Program-made: the position numbers and the translations under genes | Notes under the pieces: model-generated | Seen by the model: the letters and a program-made list of their open reading frames with translations, nothing else | Database searches by the model: none | What the model was told of the DNA's origin: nothing | Assembly (NCBI GenBank): GCA_947626875.1 | Contig: CANQTV010000001.1 | Span: forward strand, 98,924-162,923 | Source of the DNA: an uncultured Clostridia bacterium | GTDB lineage: Bacteria > Bacillota > Clostridia > TANB77 > CAG-508 | Direction of reading: 5' to 3' | DNA: 64,000 bases | Shown here: positions 18,513-26,910 of the stretch, piece by piece | Numbering within the stretch: position 1 is the first letter of the stretch | Layout of the letters: each line of letters opens with the position of its first letter

Positions 18513-19133
18513 TTAATTTATTCCAAAATAATTATCGTAAGCATATCCAGCCTTAATATATTTCTCTGTTAATTCCATTTTATATTCTTCTAATAGTTCC
18601 AAATATTTTTGCTTGAAACAATTTTTACATAACCATTCTATTCCTTCTTTTGAAACATATAATTTATCATTATCACAGTATGTAAAAGTGTTTCCTGAAT
18701 TTGCTAGAGACATTTTCATCATTGCTCTATATATTGTATCTTTTTTCCTATGGAAATAGTTTTCTAAATCTAAAAAACATAAATCAATACTCCATAATGT
18801 TTTAGATTTTTCTCCTAGGAATTTTTCATATTCTTTTATTCTCATTTTAAAGAAATCGATATCAGCATCGATTTGTTTCTTTTCTGACTGAAAATATACA
18901 TATATTAGCCATAGGTATCCTTCGAATAAAATATAATATCTCTTACTTCTAACTTTTTCACTTTTCCATCTGCATGTAGGATGTTTTTTTACCATAATAT
19001 CTATGGCTTTTCTCAGATCTTTGTGTGTTATTTCTTTCCCACTTTTTGTTTTAATATTTAATATTTTAAATTTATCCAGTATTTTCCAATAAGGTAAAAA
19101 TACCTTATCAAATTCATCCATTATTATCCTCAT
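18513..19133 (-). CDS. Hypothetical protein (island 1)
   Basis: 206-aa ORF with GGAGG 6 nt upstream; no motif recognised. Confidence 0.5.
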   Translation of the reverse strand: MRIIMDEFDKVFLPYWKILDKFKILNIKTKSGKEITHKDLRKAIDIMVKKHPTCRWKSEKVRSKRYYILFEGYLWLIYVYFQSEKKQIDADIDFFKMRIKEYEKFLGEKSKTLWSIDLCFLDLENYFHRKKDTIYRAMMKMSLANSGNTFTYCDNDKLYVSKEGIEWLCKNCFKQKYLELLEEYKMELTEKYIKAGYAYDNYFGIN

Positions 19134-19496
19134 AATAAACCTCCATTTTTTTATTTTTCTAATTTTTCATTTTCTGAAACAGCGAATGCGAATTTCAGAA
19201 AATTTTGAGCAAATTTATTTGCTCCGAATAAAGTGGATTTTTTGGTGCCCTTTATTCGCCAGCTTGGTGTCTCGACCCCCTTTTTGCTGTTTATGGCAAA
19301 ATACCCTAATACCCTTTTTGCTCTCCGAGGGATATTTTTTCTCTTATTTTTCGCTTTTTTTCTTCCAAAATTAAGACAAGTTTGTAATTATTTTTTTACT
19401 TGCTTGTCCTAATTTTTTATTAATTTCTATTTACTTTTTTATTTAAATCAATTATAATTTTATTATCAAATTTATTAAAAAATATTGTTTTTTAGA

Positions 19497-20399
19497 TTAG
19501 CAATTGTTACCAGCATTGCTAATTTTTTTGCTATATAATTTATTACTACTTTTTAAATTTTCTGTTTTTATTCTATGATCTATATCATCAATTTTTACTA
19601 AATAACACATCTCATATAGTCTTGAAATTATTGATTTGGCTGTCTCAGTTTCTCCTCCTAAATTTAATCTATCTATTAAAGCATTTGGACTACAATTTGT
19701 TGTTATAATTACTGGTAAATTATTTTCATATCTACTATTAATTATAGTAAATAATTTTTCTAATCCCCATTCGCTTGGCTTTTCTTTTCCTAAGTCATCT
19801 ATTATTAATAAATTTATATTTTTATATAGTTTTATGATGTCTATTTCATTAATTTCATTTCCATCATTGTACGAATTTCTAATCTCTGCTAATAAATTTA
19901 TTAAAGTACCATATATAATTGGAATACCATTTTTTAATAGTTCATTTGCAATACTACAAGCTAAATGCGTTTTCCCCACTCCATTATTTCCTATAAGAAT
20001 TACTCCTTTTGTTTCAATTCCATTTACAAGATTTTGAGTATATTCTTTTAGATTTTGATAAGCTTTTTTGTTATTTTCATTAATTTCAAAATTCTCAAAT
20101 TTATAACCCAAATTTCTCTTACTCATTTTACTATTTTTAATGCTTCTTTCTACTTTTCTTGCAAATTCCTGCATTAATTCTAATTTCTTTTCTTCTTCTA
20201 ATAATTTAGATTTCTTTATGTCATATTCTAACCAAAATTGTTTTGCTTTAATGCAATCACATCTTTCGTAATCGCCCTTAATAATCCTTTCTGTTGCATA
20301 TAAGTTCCATTGTAATAACTTTCTATATAATTTTTTATTACAATATTCACATTTTATAAAATCTTCACTATCAATCAAATGTTTGAAAATTTGATTCAT
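19497..20399 (-). CDS. DnaC/IstB-like AAA+ helicase loader
   Basis: Walker A GNNGVGKTH and Walker B LLIIDDLGKE, plus N-terminal Cys cluster CEYC...CDC. Start chosen at the internal Met (MNQIF). Confidence 0.8.
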   Translation of the reverse strand: MNQIFKHLIDSEDFIKCEYCNKKLYRKLLQWNLYATERIIKGDYERCDCIKAKQFWLEYDIKKSKLLEEEKKLELMQEFARKVERSIKNSKMSKRNLGYKFENFEINENNKKAYQNLKEYTQNLVNGIETKGVILIGNNGVGKTHLACSIANELLKNGIPIIYGTLINLLAEIRNSYNDGNEINEIDIIKLYKNINLLIIDDLGKEKPSEWGLEKLFTIINSRYENNLPVIITTNCSPNALIDRLNLGGETETAKSIISRLYEMCYLVKIDDIDHRIKTENLKSSNKLYSKKISNAGNNC

Positions 20400-20847
20400 C
20401 TTCTCTATTCTCCTTCTTAATATTTTCTTCTCTGATCTTTTCTTTATCTCCTGTATTAAGTAATAAATTCTTTTCAATTAAATCTTCTTGAATTACTTTA
20501 TTAGAATTATTAATTTTTCTTAGTTTATCAGCACTTTGATACTTACTCCAATTTTTTATAAAGTAGGTATCATCTTTTAAAATTAACATCCCTAATTCCA
20601 CAAATTTTTGTAAAATTTTCGTTAATGTTTTCGAAGATTTTCCGATAATATTGGTAAAATCTTTGATTTTAAATGGTGTATTATCACTAATATATAAACC
20701 ACCATCTCTGTTACATTCTCCAGCAATAGTTAAAATTTGAATCCATATTCTAAAATAGGTGTCCCCTTCCCTTTCTTTTAGTAAGATTTTTATTTTTCTA
20801 TTGGAGAATATATCAGTATTAACTTTTATCCATCCAACTTGTGCCAT
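20371..20847 (-). CDS. Phage replisome-organizer N-terminal domain protein
   Basis: MAQVGWIKVNTDIFSNRKIKILLKEREGDTYFRIWIQIL resembles the Phage_rep_org_N pattern. Confidence 0.6.
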   Translation of the reverse strand: MAQVGWIKVNTDIFSNRKIKILLKEREGDTYFRIWIQILTIAGECNRDGGLYISDNTPFKIKDFTNIIGKSSKTLTKILQKFVELGMLILKDDTYFIKNWSKYQSADKLRKINNSNKVIQEDLIEKNLLLNTGDKEKIREENIKKENREDESNFQTFD

Positions 20848-20861
20848 ATCCTCCCTTCTTT

Positions 20862-21083
20862 CTAATTAAATTGTTCTACTACTATTGAATCATTTTCTTT
20901 TTTGCTCAAAAAAATATCTAAGGCTTCTTTTCTAAATAGTAATCTTTTCCCAACTCTTGAACATGGAATTTGTTTTCTTTTTACTAATTGAGTAATCAAC
21001 CAGTAAGAAATTCCTAAATAATCTGCTGCTTCTTTTGCTGTTAATGTTGTTCTATGTATTCTCTCTGTTGCCATATTGCTCAC
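20862..21083 (-). CDS. Excisionase-type HTH (HTH_17/MerR-like) protein
   Basis: LTAKEAADYLGISYWLITQLVKRKQIPCSRVGKRLLFRKEALDIFL; 73 aa; divergent from the int-side operon. Confidence 0.7.
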   Translation of the reverse strand: MSNMATERIHRTTLTAKEAADYLGISYWLITQLVKRKQIPCSRVGKRLLFRKEALDIFLSKKENDSIVVEQFN

Positions 21084-21120
21084 CTCCTAACTTTTAAATC
21101 GCTAAATTTCAAATTTTGTA

Positions 21121-21149
21121 TTGACAATTTAAAATTAGCTGTGTATAAT
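21121..21149 (+). promoter_or_regulatory. Consensus sigma-A promoter (TTGACA-17 nt-TATAAT)
   Basis: ttgaca at 21121-21126 and tataat at 21144-21149 with 17-nt spacing, upstream of the 21276 operon. Confidence 0.6.
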
Positions 21150-21266
21150 ATTGTTAACAATTTTATATTTTGTATTTTAATTGTTAATTTTGAAATAGTC
21201 AATAATTTCTTATGTTTTATGATATCAATTAACAATATTTTTTATAAGAATTAAATTGTTAACAAG
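21150..21266. promoter_or_regulatory. Operator array of TTGTTAAC/TTGTTAAT half-sites
   Basis: Perfect 12-bp palindrome ATTGTTAACAAT at 21150-21161, directly after the -10. attgttaatt (21180-21189) and its inverse aattaacaat (21228-21237). attgttaacaa at 21256-21266 overlaps the RBS. Confidence 0.55.
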
Positions 21267-21275
21267 GAGGACTAT

Positions 21276-22487
21276 ATGAAATTTGATGTTGTATCCAGAA
21301 TTTATTATATGAAAATGTCAACCATAAACAACATAGAACTTTTTACAAGAGATAGTTTTTCTACTGTAAATGCAACATATAATAAAGCCAATGACACATA
21401 CACAATACTTAAAGAAAGAAATGAATTTAAAACAAAAAAAGAATATACTAAGTATCTTTCAACCTATTCTGATAGTATTTGCAAATTATATAAATCTGAT
21501 TTTACTGACGAAAAAAATAAACTAGGAACAACTTTATTAAAATTTTTGAATTATGATTTCACAAATTTCAACTCTTTTGTGGAATTTATATATAATTATG
21601 GATTACCTGGTTTAGTTTTTAATAGTGATACTATGGATATGACTAATCCCTTTAATGAATATGCAAATTTAAATATTACTAATGATAAAGAAAACATTTT
21701 TTTTACTGAAAAAGACTTTATTTCAGCTTGCAAAAATAATTATAAAGAACGAAAAAAAATTTTAATAGAATATCAATCTCAGTTTAAAACAATTATCAAT
21801 TTTATAAATAATTTATCAAATTTAGACTATTTAAAATGTTTCTCTATTGCAGAAAGATTTTATATATATAAGCAAGCTGATTTTACTAATTATTCAGATA
21901 TGTCTATAGTATTAAATTCATATATATCTCTTGCGTATGATGTTCAACCAGTGAAATATTTAAATATAAATTCATGTCCTGATAAAGGCAATTTTGAAGA
22001 AAATGCTAAGACAATTTCAGAATATATAAAAAATTATCCTACAGAATATAATGATGAACTTTTTATATCTCTTTGTTTTAATTGTCATATAATTGAGGCA
22101 GCTTGTTTTATAAGTATTCTAGAGTTAATAAAAAATAATACACCAATATATATTTGTAAAAATTGTGGTAATTACTTTATTCCTTCTTCAAAAAAGAATA
22201 CTTTATATTGTAACAATATATATGAACATGGTAAAACATGCCAAGAAATTGGAGCTATGATTACTTATAATGAAAAGTTAAAAAAAGATCAAATAAATTC
22301 GCTATATAGAAAAACATTGTCAGCGAAAAAAATGTTAGCAAATAGAAATCCTGATATTCCAATGTATTTACAAAAGTATGAGCAATGGAAAAAAGATGCT
22401 AATCAGTTTAAAAAGGATATAAAAATTGGATTAAAGACAGAAGAAGAATTTAAAAATTGGATAGAAGAAACTAGAAAAAATTATTAA
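21276..22487 (+). CDS. Hypothetical protein with C-terminal Cys-rich zinc-ribbon-like region
   Basis: 403 aa; CKNCGNYF...YCNN...GKTC cluster; AAGGAGG RBS. Confidence 0.5.
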   Translation: MKFDVVSRIYYMKMSTINNIELFTRDSFSTVNATYNKANDTYTILKERNEFKTKKEYTKYLSTYSDSICKLYKSDFTDEKNKLGTTLLKFLNYDFTNFNSFVEFIYNYGLPGLVFNSDTMDMTNPFNEYANLNITNDKENIFFTEKDFISACKNNYKERKKILIEYQSQFKTIINFINNLSNLDYLKCFSIAERFYIYKQADFTNYSDMSIVLNSYISLAYDVQPVKYLNINSCPDKGNFEENAKTISEYIKNYPTEYNDELFISLCFNCHIIEAACFISILELIKNNTPIYICKNCGNYFIPSSKKNTLYCNNIYEHGKTCQEIGAMITYNEKLKKDQINSLYRKTLSAKKMLANRNPDIPMYLQKYEQWKKDANQFKKDIKIGLKTEEEFKNWIEETRKNY

Positions 22488-22506
22488 TAAAGAAAGGTTA
22501 ATTTTT

Positions 22507-22854
22507 ATGTTAGATATTGAAGAAAATTATGTATCAAAACAAGAATTATTTACTATCTATCATGAGTGGTATCAAATTTTTAATGTTATTCACATAAGAA
22601 ATAGAGTTCATACTATTGAATCAATAAAAATATATATCTATTCTGAAGATAATTCTCCTCATAATAGTCCTCATTTGCATGCTTATTATCAAGATAAAAG
22701 TATTGTAATTGATTTAAAAGAATTAAAAATAGTTAAAGGGAATTTGCCTATTCCACAGCAGAAAAAAGCCTTAAAATGGGTCGAAAATCATATAGATTTC
22801 TTAAACTTAAAATGGAATGAACTAAATTCCGGAATTCAAATTCCAGTAATATAA
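22507..22854 (+). CDS. DUF4160-like protein
   Basis: SPHNSPHLHAYYQDKSIVIDL matches the (P)PH.H..Y pattern of DUF4160; 115 aa. Confidence 0.55.
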   Translation: MLDIEENYVSKQELFTIYHEWYQIFNVIHIRNRVHTIESIKIYIYSEDNSPHNSPHLHAYYQDKSIVIDLKELKIVKGNLPIPQQKKALKWVENHIDFLNLKWNELNSGIQIPVI

Positions 22855-22900
22855 TTATTATCTTCCTGCCATAGGTATACTGAAAGGAGGTGAAAAAGTA

Positions 22901-24076
22901 ATGGCAGGGCATCTTGAAAAGAGAGGTAAAAACAGTTGGAGACTTATTGTATCACATGGATTTGATAGCTATGGAAACAGAATAAAATATACAAAATCCA
23001 TCCATGCAAATAGTAGAAGAGAAGCTGATAAAGAACTCACAAAATTTGTTTATGAAATTGAAAATGGTGTAATATTACAATCTTCTGGTATGACATTTGC
23101 ACAATTTACTGAAATGTGGACTAAAAACTATGCATTAAAAGAACTCGCACCTAAAACTTACGATAGATATAAAGGAATGCTAGAATCTAGAATTCTCCCA
23201 TATTTCGGTCATTTCAAATTAGACTTAATTAAACCTGCACACATCATACAATTTTATGATTATTTATCTAAAGATCATCAGTTGAAAAGATGTAAAAACA
23301 ATCAAGGAAAGACTACATTAAAAGCATTATCTTCTAAAACTATTCTTGAACATCACCGATTGCTTCGTTCTATGTTACAAAATGCTGTATATTGGCAAAT
23401 ACTACCTTATAATCCAGTTGCAAGAGTAAAACCACCTAAACATACCAAACCTAAAATTCACTATTATGATGATGTTGAATGTAAAAAATTACTTGAAGCA
23501 TTAGAAGATGAAGAAATTAAATTTCAAACAATAGTAATTTTAACTTTATTTACTGGTATGCGTAGAGGCGAAGTATTAGCTTTAGAATGGTCTGACATCG
23601 ATTTTAAAGAAGGATTTGTAACAGTTACTAAGTCTAGCCAATATCTCCCAGATAAAGGCATTTTCGTAAAAGACCCAAAAACAGAAAGTTCTGTTCGAAG
23701 CGTTGGAATACCAAAAGTGGTTATTGATATGCTTACCAAATATAAAGTCTGGTATGATAATCAAAAGAAGGAATGTGGAGATTTATGGATAGATTCTAAT
23801 AGGTTATTTGTTCAATGGAATGGAAAGCCTATGCATCCTGATACAATAACTGATTGGTTTCGTAGATTTATACAAAGAAAAAATTTACCACCAATTACAT
23901 TTCATGGTCTCAGACACACAAATGCTACATTGATGATTTCAAAAAATATTGATTTAGCAGTTGTAGCATCAAGACTAGGACATGCTCAAATAACTACTAC
24001 TTTAAACTTTTATGTTCATCCTGTTCAATCGCATAATAAAGCAGCTGGAGACATATTAGAAGAAATCCTAGTTTAA
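22901..24076 (+). CDS. Tyrosine site-specific integrase (full length)
   Basis: 391 aa with catalytic residues in GMRRGEVLAL (R), HGLRHTNATL (HxxR) and LGHAQITTTLNFYVH (H, Y). Adjacent to the target tRNA. Confidence 0.9.
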   Translation: MAGHLEKRGKNSWRLIVSHGFDSYGNRIKYTKSIHANSRREADKELTKFVYEIENGVILQSSGMTFAQFTEMWTKNYALKELAPKTYDRYKGMLESRILPYFGHFKLDLIKPAHIIQFYDYLSKDHQLKRCKNNQGKTTLKALSSKTILEHHRLLRSMLQNAVYWQILPYNPVARVKPPKHTKPKIHYYDDVECKKLLEALEDEEIKFQTIVILTLFTGMRRGEVLALEWSDIDFKEGFVTVTKSSQYLPDKGIFVKDPKTESSVRSVGIPKVVIDMLTKYKVWYDNQKKECGDLWIDSNRLFVQWNGKPMHPDTITDWFRRFIQRKNLPPITFHGLRHTNATLMISKNIDLAVVASRLGHAQITTTLNFYVHPVQSHNKAAGDILEEILV

Positions 24077-24181
24077 ATAAAAACTCTTTTCAAAATTTCT
24101 TGAAATTACTTTTATTTATTTTTAGTTTAACAGCAATTATAATTGTTAAAGTATGCTATTTATAGCATAAAAATGTAGGGA

Positions 24182-24201
24182 CTGTCCCCAAATTGTCCCC
24201 A
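24182..24201 (+). repeat. Tandem TGTCCCCA x2, putative arm-type site (island 1, int-proximal end)
   Basis: ctgtccccaaattgtcccca; matches the doublet at 5682-5701. Confidence 0.5.
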
Positions 24202-24271
24202 CTTTTGTAAAAATAGATTTTTAGTCAAAAAAATAAGAGTCCACAATCTCTTGCGACTCTAATAAAATTTG

Positions 24272-24347
24272 TGGTTGCGGGGGATAGACTCGAACTATCG
24301 ACCTTCGGGTTATGAGCCCGACGAGCTGCCAACTGCTCCACCCCGCG
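24272..24347 (-). tRNA. Initiator tRNA-fMet (CAT)
   Basis: Reverse complement is CGCGGGGTGGAGCAGTTGGCAGCTCGTCGGGCTCATAACCCGAAGGTCGATAGTTCGAGTCTATCCCCCGCAACCA. It shows the C1:A72 mismatch and three G-C pairs in the anticodon stem, both initiator hallmarks, and an encoded CCA. Confidence 0.9.
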
Positions 24348-24522
24348 ATGTATGACTTTTTTATTATACTACTCTTGCAATTTTTTGTCAATACATTTTG
24401 TTCAAAATCTTTCATTTCAGCGAAAATCTGATTTCTTTTTATTATATGCAAAATTATAAAAAATATTCCTTTTATTTCCTAATATATTATGATATACTGT
24501 ATTTGATTAAGATTTAGGAGGT

Positions 24523-24891
24523 ATGAAAATGTTATTAAAAAAATGTAAAAAATGTGGTGCTTTAGTCAAAGTTCTAAATGACTGCCCTGATTGTTCTATA
24601 CAATGCTGTGGAGCTGACATGGAGTCTGTAATTCCAAATTCTGTTGATGCTGCTGTTGAGAAACATGTTCCTACATATGAAGTATTAGGTGATACTATTT
24701 CTGTTCGTGTTTCTCATGTTATGGAAGAAGAACATTTTATTGAATGGATTTCTCTTGTAACTGACTCCAAAGAATATATTGTTAATTTGACTCCTAATGT
24801 TGATGCAGTTGCTGAATTTCCTTATGTTCCTAATTCTGTACTATACAGCTATTGCAATAAACATGGTTTATGGAAAGCAGATGTTATGTAA
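24523..24891 (+). CDS. Desulfoferrodoxin (superoxide reductase)
   Basis: N-terminal CKKCG...CPDCSIQCC desulforedoxin-like site. C-terminal EEEHFIEWI ... CNKHGLW neelaredoxin centre II pattern. Confidence 0.8.
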   Translation: MKMLLKKCKKCGALVKVLNDCPDCSIQCCGADMESVIPNSVDAAVEKHVPTYEVLGDTISVRVSHVMEEEHFIEWISLVTDSKEYIVNLTPNVDAVAEFPYVPNSVLYSYCNKHGLWKADVM

Positions 24892-24895
24892 TATA

Positions 24896-24934
24896 AAAAG
24901 TCAACTTTTCGGTTATCCCATAAAGTTGACTTTT
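24896..24934. terminator. Bidirectional terminator hairpin
   Basis: aaaagtcaactt ... aagttgactttt followed by a T-run, between convergent genes. Confidence 0.65.
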
Positions 24935-24943
24935 GTTTTTATC

Positions 24944-25579
24944 TTATCTCACACAAATCTTATCTTTTATCTTATCATATTTACTTTCTCCAATACCTTT
25001 TACATTCTTTATATCCTCAATTGTTTTAAATTTTCCATTTTCTTTTCTATGCTGTATTATTTTTGTTGCTGTTGATGGACCTATTCCTGTTAATGTTTCT
25101 AATTCTTCCTGTGTTGCTGTATTGATATTTATTTTTTGTGATGTTGCTTGAGTATATGTTTGTTGTTTAGTTTCACTTTCCTTGTTCTCTTTGCTTTCTT
25201 TATTATCTTGACTTTCTGTTTTACTTGGTATTGTAATTTGCATGCCATCTTCCAATATATATGCTAAATTTATTTCTTCAGAATTTGCTTCTTCTTTTAA
25301 TCCTTGCGCTTGTTCTACTGCATCTGCTATTCTGCTTCCTTCCTTTAATGTGTATACCCCTGGCTTGTTAACTGCTCCTGTAATGTATATTGTGACTTGT
25401 CCTGTTTCTTCTTGTGTTTCATTTTGTTGTGTATTGCTTTCTTCCTCATATTGCATTAATTCATTCACATCTAAATCACTTGTTTTTTCTTTTGTTACTA
25501 CATAATAAATAATAATTCCTATCAGAATTATACATATGCTTATGATAATTGTTCTTTGTTTTTTATAGTGTTCCTTCAT
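24944..25579 (-). CDS. comEA: Competence protein ComEA (SLBB + helix-hairpin-helix)
   Basis: N-terminal TM helix; C-terminal ININTATQEELETLTGIGPSTATKII...IKNVKGIGESKYDKI tandem HhH. Confidence 0.85.
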   Translation of the reverse strand: MKEHYKKQRTIIISICIILIGIIIYYVVTKEKTSDLDVNELMQYEEESNTQQNETQEETGQVTIYITGAVNKPGVYTLKEGSRIADAVEQAQGLKEEANSEEINLAYILEDGMQITIPSKTESQDNKESKENKESETKQQTYTQATSQKININTATQEELETLTGIGPSTATKIIQHRKENGKFKTIEDIKNVKGIGESKYDKIKDKICVR

Positions 25580-25670
25580 TTTTGTTTCCTCCTTTTTTAT
25601 TTGTATGCATATTGAAAAAAATGTGAAAATACGATATAGTATAATAAGATTAAAATATAGGTGATGATAA

Positions 25671-26885
25671 GTGAAAAAAAGATATATAGTTTGTTTTGTA
25701 ATGTTAATTGTAGTTTTATTGTCAGCAAATTTATCAAACGTTTTTGCAGTAAAAATGGAGCCAGTTGTTTCTGATGCTGCTGTTTTGATGGAAGTTTCTT
25801 CATCTAAAGTTTTATATGATAAAAATGCAGAAGCTAGAATGGAGCCTGCTAGTATTACAAAAATTATGACTGCAATTTTGGCGATTGAAAATTGTAATTT
25901 GAATGATGTTGTAACTGTTCCGCTTGATGCGGTTTCTAATATTCCTGAAGGGTATAGTATTGCAGAATTGCTTCCAGATGAACAATTGACGGTAGATCAA
26001 TTGTTGCAATTACTTATGGTTTATTCTGCAAATGATGCTGCAAATGTACTTGCTTTTCATGTTGATGGTTCAATTTCAAAGTTTGCTAATCGTATGAATG
26101 ATAAATTAAAAGAATTGAATATAAAAAATTCTCATTTTACAAATCCAAGTGGTATGCATGATGATAATCATTATTCTACTGCACATGATATTGCTTTGTT
26201 GATGCAGTATTGTATGAAAAATCCTACTTTTAAGAAATATTCTAGTTTAAAAAATTGTACAGTACCTGCAACAAATCTTTCTGCTGAGCGTACTTTTAAA
26301 AACACAAACCCTATGCTAGATCCAGAGAGTTCTTATTATTACCAGTCGTTGGTTTCAACTAAGACTGGTTTCACTACTCCTGCTTTATATTGCTTGACTT
26401 CATATGCAACTCAAAATGATTTGTCTTTGATTTGTGTTGTTCTACATGATGAAATTTCTGTTAATCGTTTTTCTGATACTATTCAATTATTTGAATATGG
26501 CTTTAAGAATTTTGCATTTCAGGACATTGCAAAAAAAGGAGATGTTGTAACACAAGTTACTGTTGAAAATGCTACTTCTGATACACAATTTCTTGATTTA
26601 ATTTTAGATGATACTATTCACGAATTAGCTCCTACTGATTTGGAAAATCTTTCCCCTCAAATCACTTTGCAAACTATTCCTTCTGCACCAATTAGTCAAG
26701 GAACTGTATTGGGTACTGCTACATATACACTTGATAATCAGGTTTATTCTGTTAATTTAATTGCTTCACATGATGTTTTAGTTAAAACCGATAATGTTTA
26801 TTATTTGTTAGTTGCTGGATTGATTCTTGTTATTATTGCTATTATATTAATTTGTTTATTTTGGAATAAAAATAAAGATAAATAA
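25671..26885 (+). CDS. D-alanyl-D-alanine carboxypeptidase (PBP5 class)
   Basis: Signal peptide; SxxK (SITK), SxN (SAND), KTG motifs; C-terminal TM anchor. Confidence 0.85.
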   Translation: MKKRYIVCFVMLIVVLLSANLSNVFAVKMEPVVSDAAVLMEVSSSKVLYDKNAEARMEPASITKIMTAILAIENCNLNDVVTVPLDAVSNIPEGYSIAELLPDEQLTVDQLLQLLMVYSANDAANVLAFHVDGSISKFANRMNDKLKELNIKNSHFTNPSGMHDDNHYSTAHDIALLMQYCMKNPTFKKYSSLKNCTVPATNLSAERTFKNTNPMLDPESSYYYQSLVSTKTGFTTPALYCLTSYATQNDLSLICVVLHDEISVNRFSDTIQLFEYGFKNFAFQDIAKKGDVVTQVTVENATSDTQFLDLILDDTIHELAPTDLENLSPQITLQTIPSAPISQGTVLGTATYTLDNQVYSVNLIASHDVLVKTDNVYYLLVAGLILVIIAIILICLFWNKNKDK

Positions 26886-26910
26886 ATAAGGGGCATATAA
26901 AATGCCCCTT

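Larger units (their letters stand above)
5549..24316 (-). mobile_element. ~18.8 kb integrative island in tRNA-fMet (int, xis, replication module, defence cargo)
   Basis: 16-bp direct repeat accttcgggttatgag at 5549-5564 and 24301-24316. The integrase lies next to the intact tRNA. Xis and the replisome organizer/DnaC-like module are present. No capsid, terminase or relaxase genes seen. Confidence 0.8.

Noticed and set aside
19186-19374. 62-aa plus-strand ORF in the GC-rich block.
   Set aside because: It has no RBS and an implausible composition. I treat the region as non-coding or degraded (see the finding at 19140-19400).
24221-24451. 76-aa minus-strand ORF.
   Set aside because: It overlaps the tRNA-fMet gene and its terminator, so it is an artefact of the GC-rich tRNA sequence.
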